Part shown: one piece after another, positions 27,924 to 35,898 of the stretch
Layout: each line of letters starts with the position of its first letter
Position numbering within the stretch: position 1 is the stretch's first letter
Made by a program: the position numbers and the translations under genes
NCBI GenBank assembly: GCA_963662465.1
Contig: OY759599.1
Coordinates: 1,056,001-1,120,000 of the forward strand
From: Desulfatiglandales bacterium
GTDB taxonomy: Bacteria > Desulfobacterota > DSM-4660 > Desulfatiglandales > Desulfatiglandaceae
DNA: 64,000 bases
Direction: 5' to 3'
The notes under the pieces: model-generated
Databases searched by the model: none
The model's input: only the letters and a program-made list of their open reading frames with translations
What the model was told of the DNA's origin: nothing

Positions 27924-28803
27924 ACTGTTGTTTCATTCTCAGAAGAACGTCGTCAACCGTGCCATTGAAAGGCCCGGGGTTTTCCAGTTTAATGGATGCC
28001 AGCGCTGCTGCGAATTTCAAGGAATCCAAAGCATTGTGATCCATTCTGCGACAAAGATAGGCGCTAAAAGTGGTATCCCCCCTTCCGGTTCTTGACAAAA
28101 CATGCCGGTTTGAGAACTTTTCAAAATAGGTTTTCCCGCCGTATCGCAGGAGTACGCCGTCCGATCGCGTGATGAGGGTTTCCCGGCTGCCCCATTCTTC
28201 CAGAATCAAAGCGGCTTTTTCCAGATTGTCAGTTCCCGTGAGCAATTTGGCTTCCATCACATCCAGCTTAACTTTTTCAGCGATGGTCAGGATCTCCTTC
28301 TTTTGTGGGGCATCCCGTAACTGAATCTTCTGCGTGACGGGATCCAGGAAGCGTACGGATCCCTGCATATCAATGGAAAGGCGATGCCCCTTTTCATTCA
28401 GGGTTTTCACGAGATTAAAATTGAAATCCTCACCGGTAACGGGGCATAAGTGAATAAGCTGGGCATTAATTTCGGGCATTTCTTCAAAAGTGATAGGGCC
28501 TGCACTCTTTTCCTGATATATTTCACGAAGATCCATGTTTTTAGATGGATGCGTTATTGTCAGCCGAGTGGTTTCCGTAGCTGGAAGCGCGAATACCGCC
28601 ACGCCCTTTTCTGTTAGAGGCGTAATAAATGATGCCTCATTTTTTGCAAATTTGGTGACCAATGCCGTCCGTTTTCCGATAGCGGCTGCCGTCATGGCAG
28701 CAAAAAATACCGCGCCACCCGAAGTATTCTTGGGTGTTCCTTCAAAGGGAACGATATGATTAAGGGACATATGGCCGATAAAGACAATGTCATACAATTT
28801 CAC
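27919..28803 (-). CDS. PfkB/ribokinase-family carbohydrate kinase
   Basis: SGGAVFFAA N-terminal motif; RTGRGDTTF anion-hole motif; AAGGAG RBS before GTG 28803. Confidence 0.85.
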   Translation of the reverse strand: MKLYDIVFIGHMSLNHIVPFEGTPKNTSGGAVFFAAMTAAAIGKRTALVTKFAKNEASFITPLTEKGVAVFALPATETTRLTITHPSKNMDLREIYQEKSAGPITFEEMPEINAQLIHLCPVTGEDFNFNLVKTLNEKGHRLSIDMQGSVRFLDPVTQKIQLRDAPQKKEILTIAEKVKLDVMEAKLLTGTDNLEKAALILEEWGSRETLITRSDGVLLRYGGKTYFEKFSNRHVLSRTGRGDTTFSAYLCRRMDHNALDSLKFAAALASIKLENPGPFNGTVDDVLLRMKQQS

Positions 28804-28934
28804 GGTTACTCCTTGTCTGCATATAACAATATGAAATAAATAAAAAAATTGGCTCTTCATGTTTTTTTAAAAAGAGACTTTATCTCAGGCAAAAAGGAAT
28901 TGCAAATGATATCGATTTAATTTGATCTGACTCC

Positions 28935-30482
28935 TTAAGGCTTGGACGCGAGAAGCGTCATGGTGATGGAAAAACCGTGCGGTGACAGGTTTTTTGCATG
29001 GACGGTCCCGCCACAGGCCTGAACGCAGGTCTTTACAATGGCAAGCCCCAGGCCTACCCCCCCGCTCTTGCGGTTTCGTGCAGCCTCCGGCCGATAAAAG
29101 GGTTCGAACAGGCGACCAATGGAAGCTTCGGGAACGCCGGGGCCATGGTCGGTTATGGCGATCAGGACTTTGTCGCTGTCCCTTTGGGCCGTGATCTCAA
29201 TGGGTCCTTCATGGCCGGCGTATCGCACGGCGTTCCTCAAAACGTTTGAAAGGGCCCGGCGAAGCAGGCCATCAACGGCCCACACGGAAATGTCCTCATC
29301 CACATGGTTCACAATCGTCACTTCCTTGCCCCCTTCCCGTTCCATGCATGCAAGGATTGCGGGCAGCAGGGGGACGGTTGCGGCCGCCACTCTGTCAGAA
29401 CCGATTTCGGCCCTGGTGAAGCTCAACAGTTCGTTGATCAGGTTGGACATGTGGTGGACTTCCTCTGAAATGTCCTTTAGACGCTCCAGATCTTCCCCTT
29501 TCAAGCGTTGTTCGAAAATACCTAAGCCCAGTGCCATGCGCGCAATGGGAGAGGCCAGTTCATGGGCCATGTCGCCCAGAAATCGTTTCTGCCCCATAAT
29601 ATGGGTTTCCAACTGACCCGACATGTGATTGATGGCCGCACCGAGTCTTCCGATTTCATCGGCCCTTTGTTCTTTAACATGGATATTGAAATTGCCCCGT
29701 GCGATTTCTTCGGCCACTTGGGTGATACGGACAATGGGCCGGGTGATGCTTTTGACCAGGGGAATCCATAAAAGGATGGACACCGCCAGCACAATGCCCG
29801 CCAGCAACAGCCACGGCACAGGGTTGAAAAACAGGCCGTTTCCGGTGATGGATGGGGAAGCGGCCAACAGAAAGAGGGTTATGGGTGGTTCTTGACGACG
29901 ATCTCGAAAAGGAAACGGCACCGAGGCCCAGTAGCGGGTAGGATTCGAGGTTCGCAACAGGTAAGTGAAACGAAGTTCTTCGGGCGGCGGCAGGGGAGGC
30001 ATGGGAAAACGGCCGACGGCCGTATTCTCCCGGGAGGCAAAGGATGGCGGTCCCGGGTGTTTCGGGGGGCCGCCGGGGGCAGGCCGTCTACCGTGACCGG
30101 ACGGGGGATGTGGAGGAAGTTGGTGTACCGACTTAAGATTGCTCTCGCTTCGGTGCAGGGCATCGGTTACCCCGGCCGGAATCATGCGATTGGCCCCCGC
30201 CAGTATCCGTCCATCCGACCGGCAGAGAAGAAGTTCCAGATCATAGGCTTTTCCGAACCGCTTAAGGATCGAACCCCACTCATAGTAGTCCGAGTCATAG
30301 AGTTCCCGAAGGATCACCTGTCCCAGGCCCTTCCCCTGACCCCCGAGGCCGCTGATCAGGGCGGATTCTGCCCGAAACCGGAAATCCAGGTTGAAAATCC
30401 CGGCCACGATCCCGATTAACAATACCAGGCTCATGAGGAACCAGAGGAGAATTTTCAGAAAAAGGGAACGTCTGGGGTTCAT
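28935..30482 (-). CDS. Sensor histidine kinase (CpxA-like: 2 TM, Pro-rich periplasmic region, HAMP, HisKA, HATPase)
   Basis: DMAHELASP H-box, NVLRNAVRY N-box, DHGPGV, GGVGLGLAI. Confidence 0.92.
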   Translation of the reverse strand: MNPRRSLFLKILLWFLMSLVLLIGIVAGIFNLDFRFRAESALISGLGGQGKGLGQVILRELYDSDYYEWGSILKRFGKAYDLELLLCRSDGRILAGANRMIPAGVTDALHRSESNLKSVHQLPPHPPSGHGRRPAPGGPPKHPGPPSFASRENTAVGRFPMPPLPPPEELRFTYLLRTSNPTRYWASVPFPFRDRRQEPPITLFLLAASPSITGNGLFFNPVPWLLLAGIVLAVSILLWIPLVKSITRPIVRITQVAEEIARGNFNIHVKEQRADEIGRLGAAINHMSGQLETHIMGQKRFLGDMAHELASPIARMALGLGIFEQRLKGEDLERLKDISEEVHHMSNLINELLSFTRAEIGSDRVAAATVPLLPAILACMEREGGKEVTIVNHVDEDISVWAVDGLLRRALSNVLRNAVRYAGHEGPIEITAQRDSDKVLIAITDHGPGVPEASIGRLFEPFYRPEAARNRKSGGVGLGLAIVKTCVQACGGTVHAKNLSPHGFSITMTLLASKP

Positions 30483-31192
30483 GATGATGTCTCATTCAAA
30501 GGGGGTATGAAAAGATATCCAACCCTGCGTACTGTGCGGATGAATCGGGGGTTTTTGGGGGTATCGCCCAGTTTTCCGCGCAAGGAGGAGATATGCATGT
30601 CAATGGACCGGTCAAACACATCGAAATTCCGGTCGGCCACCACATCCAGAAGCTGTTCACGGCTCAAGGCCCTTCCCCTGGCCTTTGCCAGACACTGTAG
30701 GAGCTGGTATTCAATGGGCGTCAGATCAAGACGATTTCCGTCTAAAAAGGCTTCATGGGCGTCCTCGTTGAGATGTAGGCTTCCGAAGCACAACTCAGTT
30801 TTTTTCGGCACGTCCGGCGTTATTTGGGACCGTCTGATCACCGAACGGAGACGGGCCAGCAGTTCACGCGTTGAAAAGGTTTTGGGCAGGTAGTCGTCGG
30901 CTCCCATCTCAAGCCCCACGATCCGGTCGGTTTCGTCTCCCCGGGAGGTCAGCATCAGGACCGGAACAAGGGATTCGGCGCGCAATTGTCTGAGTAATTC
31001 GAATCCGTCCATTTCCGGCAGCATTACGTCCAGGATGACTGCATGATAGTCTTTTCCAAGTGCTTTTTTAAGGCCTTCCGTTCCGGTGTGTGCGCTCTCC
31101 ACTTCATACCCCATGGCGCCGAGATATTCCCGTATCAGCCGACATAACTTCTCATCATCATCAATAATCAATATCCGCTCACCGCCGCTCAT
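30479..31192 (-). CDS. OmpR-family response regulator (CpxR-like), coupled to the kinase
   Basis: IIDDD, ILDVMLP, GADDYLPK, winged helix DRSIDMHISSLRGKL..IRTVRRVGY; stop overlaps kinase start. Confidence 0.92.
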   Translation of the reverse strand: MSGGERILIIDDDEKLCRLIREYLGAMGYEVESAHTGTEGLKKALGKDYHAVILDVMLPEMDGFELLRQLRAESLVPVLMLTSRGDETDRIVGLEMGADDYLPKTFSTRELLARLRSVIRRSQITPDVPKKTELCFGSLHLNEDAHEAFLDGNRLDLTPIEYQLLQCLAKARGRALSREQLLDVVADRNFDVFDRSIDMHISSLRGKLGDTPKNPRFIRTVRRVGYLFIPPLNETSS

Positions 31193-31255
31193 GATATTCC
31201 CCCCTGACGTTTTAGAAACCAGGATACCTTGAAATGTAATGTTATGAGAACCTTT

Positions 31256-31332
31256 TTTACAAAACATTTACAAAACCTTGAAAAATTACTCAAACGGATT
31301 TTACAAGCAGTTGATCGATTGAAGCAAATGAA
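31256..31332 (+). promoter_or_regulatory. Promoter family 1, copy 1 (TTTAC direct-repeat box)
   Basis: TTTACAAAACATTTACAAAACCTTGAAAA identical in five intergenic regions; lies between divergent regulators. Confidence 0.75.
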
Positions 31333-31428
31333 AACGGCAATAATTGACGGTATTGTTAAGCTTTTATAAAGTTGATTGCATCGTTGTTACGAATGGTATA
31401 AATAACAGGGTGTTGAATTGTTGAAGAG

Positions 31429-32178
31429 GTGGACACAAGGGTGAGACATGGAGAAACCAACTTGTCAAACATGAAAATTCTGATTGTCGATGATGATAAA
31501 AGACTGTGCGGACTTGTGGCGGACTACCTGGAGCCCATGGGGTATGCGGTAAAAAAAGCCCATAACGGGCCGGAAGGACTGAAAATGATCCTTGAGGGGG
31601 ACTTCCATGCGGTTATCCTGGACGTGATGATGCCGCAAATGGACGGATTCGAGGTGTTAAAACGAGTGCGCAAGGAATCCGACATACCGGTTTTGATGCT
31701 GACGGCCCGAGGTGATGAGACGGACAGAATCGTAGGGCTTGAGTTGGGAGCGGATGATTATTTACCCAAGACCTTTTCTTCACGGGAGCTTTTGGCGCGT
31801 CTTCGTGCGGTCACGCGCCGATATGACGTATCCGAACGCAGGGCCGCGGATTCTGGTAACATATTGATATTCGGCAGTTTGCAAATCGAGAAAGAGTCCC
31901 GAACCGTTCGTATGGATGACAAAACCCTGAACCTGACCCCTCTCGAATACGATTTATTGACGAGTCTTGCCGATTCCGCCGGACGGGTTCTGACGCGGGA
32001 TCAACTTCTGGATGCCGTTGCCGGACGGAATTATGAGGTTTTTGATCGCTCCGTGGATGTCCATATCTCCCTGTTGCGGCGCAAGCTCGGGGAAAATCCC
32101 CGCAAGCCCGGATTCATTCAAACGGTCAGAAGCGTCGGCTATATGTTTAAGGCCCCCGAAGATCAAACATCATGTTAA
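31429..32178 (+). CDS. OmpR-family response regulator (second CpxR-like paralogue; start may be ATG 31471)
   Basis: MKILIVDDD, ILDVMMP, GADDYLPKTFS, DRSVDVHISLLRRKLG..IQTVRSVGY. Confidence 0.92.
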   Translation: MDTRVRHGETNLSNMKILIVDDDKRLCGLVADYLEPMGYAVKKAHNGPEGLKMILEGDFHAVILDVMMPQMDGFEVLKRVRKESDIPVLMLTARGDETDRIVGLELGADDYLPKTFSSRELLARLRAVTRRYDVSERRAADSGNILIFGSLQIEKESRTVRMDDKTLNLTPLEYDLLTSLADSAGRVLTRDQLLDAVAGRNYEVFDRSVDVHISLLRRKLGENPRKPGFIQTVRSVGYMFKAPEDQTSC

Positions 32179-32207
32179 TTATTTTTGGTTGCTGTTTCCC
32201 AGGGGGA

Positions 32208-33590
32208 TTATTCTCCAGAGCTTCGCGTGTAATGTAGCATAGGAATGTGCTTAAGAATCGATGCGACAATTTTTTTCGTGATGTCGTCCTGCAACTGGAA
32301 AATGTCCGCCAATTCACCGTCGTATTTCTCGGCCCAAAGGTGATTTCCCGTAACGCCGTCGATCAGCTGAGCTGTCACCCGGAGCCTGTTCCCCGCCTTG
32401 CGGACACTCCCTTCGAGAATATACCGAACGCCCAGTTCACTGCTGATGTTTTTAATGTTGGCGGATGTGTCGCGATATGAAAAGCTTGATGTCCTGGAAA
32501 CCACGAAAAGGGAATCGAAATGGGACAGGCGCGTGGTGATGTCTTCACTGAGTCCATCTGAAAAATATTCCAACTCCGGATCACCGCTCATACTGACAAA
32601 GGGGAGTACGGCAATGGCGGGTTTGTCGGGCAACCCCTCATCTCCCTGGGATTCCGAACCACCCCCCTCCATGACGACCCGGTATACCCGCAGGGGATCC
32701 TGAATGTTTTTGACGGCGTGTTCCCCCTGATATTCAAACCGCCAGGGGAGCTTGTTCTTCACCTGGTCGTATGCGGTGCCCGAGATGCTGATGCCGCCGC
32801 CGTCCGCCAGTCCCTCGATTCTGGCGGCTATGTTGATCCCATCTCCGTAGATTTTCTTCCCCTGTTGAATCACGTCTCCTAAATTGACGCCGATTCGGAA
32901 TTCCATTCTGCGATTTTTGGGAAGATCCGCGTTTTTCCCTTTGAGCTCCTCCTGGATCCTGACCGCACATGCCACCGCATCCACGACGCTTGAAAATTCC
33001 AATAACATATTGTCCCCCGGGGAGTCCACCACCCGAGCACTGTATTGGTGGACGAGAGAGGAAATGACGGCACGGTAATGGTTCAAGGTTTGCACAGTGG
33101 CAATCTCATCCTCACCCATTAAACGGCTGTATCCCTTGACATCCGCGCTGAGAATCGCCGTGAGCTTGCGCCTGGCCGGATGGCGTGATTCATCGAGGAG
33201 GTGTTCTTCCCCAAACCCGGACCCCGCCCCGGTGCGGCGCAGAACCGCTTTGATCCTGCCGATCACTTCCCGGGGACTGAAGGGTTTACAGATATAATCA
33301 TCCGCACCCAGTTCCAGTCCCAGCAATCGATCGATTTCCTCCACCCGGGCTGTCACCATGATGATGGGCACGTTTGAAAAGGTTCGGATCTCCTTGCAGA
33401 TATCGAGTCCGTCCCGCCCGGGCAGCATAAGATCGAGCAGGATCAGGTCGGGATTTCGCTCCCGCACCCAGGGCGCCACCTCAAGACCGTCGGTAAGACA
33501 AAAGGGTGTAAATCCCGATTGTTTCAGATAATCGATCAAAATTCCGGCCAGCTTTTCCTCGTCTTCAACCACTAAAATTGTACGACTCAA
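32208..33590 (-). CDS. Chimeric protein: BaeR-like receiver + class III adenylate/guanylate cyclase + TolB-like N-domain (no TPRs)
   Basis: ILLDLMLP..DDYICKPFSPRE; ILSADVKGYS..GDN..FRIGVNLGDV..GDGINIAARIE; KPAIAVLPF..YILEGSVR..LWAEKYD. Confidence 0.85.
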   Translation of the reverse strand: MSRTILVVEDEEKLAGILIDYLKQSGFTPFCLTDGLEVAPWVRERNPDLILLDLMLPGRDGLDICKEIRTFSNVPIIMVTARVEEIDRLLGLELGADDYICKPFSPREVIGRIKAVLRRTGAGSGFGEEHLLDESRHPARRKLTAILSADVKGYSRLMGEDEIATVQTLNHYRAVISSLVHQYSARVVDSPGDNMLLEFSSVVDAVACAVRIQEELKGKNADLPKNRRMEFRIGVNLGDVIQQGKKIYGDGINIAARIEGLADGGGISISGTAYDQVKNKLPWRFEYQGEHAVKNIQDPLRVYRVVMEGGGSESQGDEGLPDKPAIAVLPFVSMSGDPELEYFSDGLSEDITTRLSHFDSLFVVSRTSSFSYRDTSANIKNISSELGVRYILEGSVRKAGNRLRVTAQLIDGVTGNHLWAEKYDGELADIFQLQDDITKKIVASILKHIPMLHYTRSSGE

Positions 33591-35068
33591 TGTGCTCCTC
33601 CCGCCGGCGGCAGTTCGATTTTGAACGAAACACCCCCCAGGTCCGAAGATTCGGCGACAATGGTTCCTTCATGGGCTTCCACAATTTTTTTACAGATGGC
33701 CAATCCCAATCCCGCACCTCCCAAAGCACGGTTGCGAGAGGTTTCCACCCGGTACAGGCGTTCGAAAAGCCTTTCTATTTCAGCTGGACCCACACCCGGT
33801 GCGCTATCCTGCCAGATGATGGTGAGCATAGGGTCGGTCCTCTCCAATTCGATATGGACTTGTCCACCGTGATCCGTGTATTTTAAGGAGTTGCTCAACA
33901 GGTTCTCAAAAAGCTGCTGCAAACGCCCGGGATCTCCGAATAGCTCAAATTCTCCTTCAGGGGGTCGGTTTAAGATTATGGATATGGCTTTTTCGGAAAA
34001 TCTGGTTCTGAATGATTCCACGGTCTCACCCAGAAGGGCAGCCAGGTCCAGATTCTCTTTCCGGTAAGCCAATGCACCCATATCAGACAGGGAGAGCTGA
34101 AAAAGATCGCCCACAAGCCGGTCCAGTTGCATAACTTCAGCGTGCAAAGAGCTTAGCGCTTCGGGAGTCACGGGCCGGATATTATCCTGAAGCGCTTCAA
34201 TTTCACCCCGCAGCACGGCCAGCGGCGTGCGAAGCTCATGGGAGACATCACCCACCAGCTGTCGCCGCATTTTTTCATTGCGCTCAAGGGTGTCCGCCAG
34301 GGTGTTAAAATCCCGTATGAGCCGACCCAGCTCATCCTTTGCCCCCACAGGGAGTCTGGTATCATAATGCCCGGCGGTCAGGCGATGTGTCCCGGCCGCC
34401 AAAGTCTTGATGCGCTTCACCATCTGTCGAGCCAGCGGAAGCGAGAGCAGTGCGGCGACGCAGGCCGTCAACAGAGCGATGATAAAGAAAGCGCGTTTCT
34501 GGGTCTTGACAAAGCGAAGCTGTAAGTTTTCGGTGAGATGCCGCTGCAAGATGAGCCCCAGAGATCCCACCGGTTTATGGTTATATCGCAATTCAATGGT
34601 CTTCATGGGGTCCGGATGATTGGGAGGGCCGAAAAGCGTCTTTCCGTCGCCATCCATCAGCATAATCCGAGCCCCGAATGGCCTTCTTCCTTCAGGCACA
34701 TCATGGGGGGGTGGTCGGTTTGCCATGCCCGGCGCTAACGGTGGTGGACGTCCCTGGGGCCCACCCGGCCTGTCTGACTTCGAAAAGCCGACATTCCGTC
34801 TCGAATGTAAGTCTTCCGGCATGGCATCCTTAAGGAAATTGTTCAAAAACCTGGGGTTATCACGCACAAACCCCCAGCCTCCGGTTTCCGCATAGGCTTT
34901 TTCCAAAGATCCGGCCAGCGTTTCAAGCTGTTTTTCTTCCATGGTGTTGACGTAATTTAAAAACCCGCGGTTAAAGCTGTATTGAATGAGAAATACCATA
35001 CTGACGACCACAATACCGATGGCCACCAGGAGGTTCAGAAAAAATTTGGTTGTCAGGCTCAATTTCAT
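33587..35068 (-). CDS. Sensor histidine kinase (BaeS-like)
   Basis: SFNRGFLNYVN, HAMP, DVSHELRTPL, NLLSNSLKYTD, QDSAPGV, GGAGLGLAI; start placed at MKLSLTTK. Confidence 0.9.
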   Translation of the reverse strand: MKLSLTTKFFLNLLVAIGIVVVSMVFLIQYSFNRGFLNYVNTMEEKQLETLAGSLEKAYAETGGWGFVRDNPRFLNNFLKDAMPEDLHSRRNVGFSKSDRPGGPQGRPPPLAPGMANRPPPHDVPEGRRPFGARIMLMDGDGKTLFGPPNHPDPMKTIELRYNHKPVGSLGLILQRHLTENLQLRFVKTQKRAFFIIALLTACVAALLSLPLARQMVKRIKTLAAGTHRLTAGHYDTRLPVGAKDELGRLIRDFNTLADTLERNEKMRRQLVGDVSHELRTPLAVLRGEIEALQDNIRPVTPEALSSLHAEVMQLDRLVGDLFQLSLSDMGALAYRKENLDLAALLGETVESFRTRFSEKAISIILNRPPEGEFELFGDPGRLQQLFENLLSNSLKYTDHGGQVHIELERTDPMLTIIWQDSAPGVGPAEIERLFERLYRVETSRNRALGGAGLGLAICKKIVEAHEGTIVAESSDLGGVSFKIELPPAGGAH

Positions 35069-35215
35069 AATGTTCAGGGTTCCCTTACCCCGGATACGCC
35101 ATAAGTGCCGGTTAGGATTTTCGGTTTGCAGATAAAACCATTTTTCGGACCAACGGGAGAAGGATTTGAAAAACATTCCCCATGGTCGAAAATATTTTAC
35201 ACTACTTTGAGCATC

Positions 35216-35280
35216 AATATAAACAATGAATGTAAAGAAATTTTGTCATTCTGGAATAAAATTGTAAAGATCCTGTAAAA
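35216..35280 (-). promoter_or_regulatory. Promoter family 2 copy, upstream of the BaeS-like kinase
   Basis: Reverse complement TTTTAC..ACAATTTT..ACAAAATTTCTTTACATTCATTGTTTATATT closely matches 51899-51963. Confidence 0.65.
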
Positions 35281-35554
35281 AAAATGTTCAGAAATCATGA
35301 CATCCTGTCCATCAAGAACAGCATATTGCGCGAGGGAGAAACGTCTATAGGTTTAAAAGATTATTTTATAGGGCAGGTCCATCAGGGGGAGGTAGCTTAG
35401 CCAGCCTATCAGATGCTTCTCATTCCAGACTTTAGCGGCCTCGGCATCCGTGCGCGGCCCTGAACGTGCGCTCGTGTCTGGATCGCCTTCGTTATAGGGC
35501 GTGCGAAAAATCAATACGGGGAATGTGGATCCAAGGGGTGGTTTCCACAGGTTA

Positions 35555-35712
35555 GGGAACTGGAAGAAAATAATATACGTATATCGTGCAGAACTTTTGT
35601 TCGTCTTCAAGGCGTGATGGCAGGTGCATAGTGGGCTATGTGCCTGTTATCACAACGTAGAAGACGGGCAAAAGGGCAAACAGGATGCGTAGATTATTTT
35701 TTGGAAGTTCCC
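35555..35712. mobile_element. 158-bp hairpin MITE
   Basis: GGGAACT..AAAATAAT / ATTATTTT..AGTTCCC ends, TTA on both flanks, nested internal inverted repeats (CTTTTGTTCGTCTTC / GAAGACGGGCAAAAG; GTGATGGCAGGTGCATAG / CTATGTGCCTGTTATCAC). Confidence 0.65.
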
Positions 35713-35898
35713 TTAGCGCGTAGTATCACGCCATCGCGCATGGGAATCGATACGTTCGACTCAATGATATAGTCACTTTGATTTTGGGCATCGTTACCAT
35801 GACAACCGTTGTTTTCCTCCTTCGGATTTTCGGAGCGCCGATACAGGTCGCTCCGACCTTTGAGAAATGCCCAGTCTTCGGTGCCATGTGCTTTGTGT

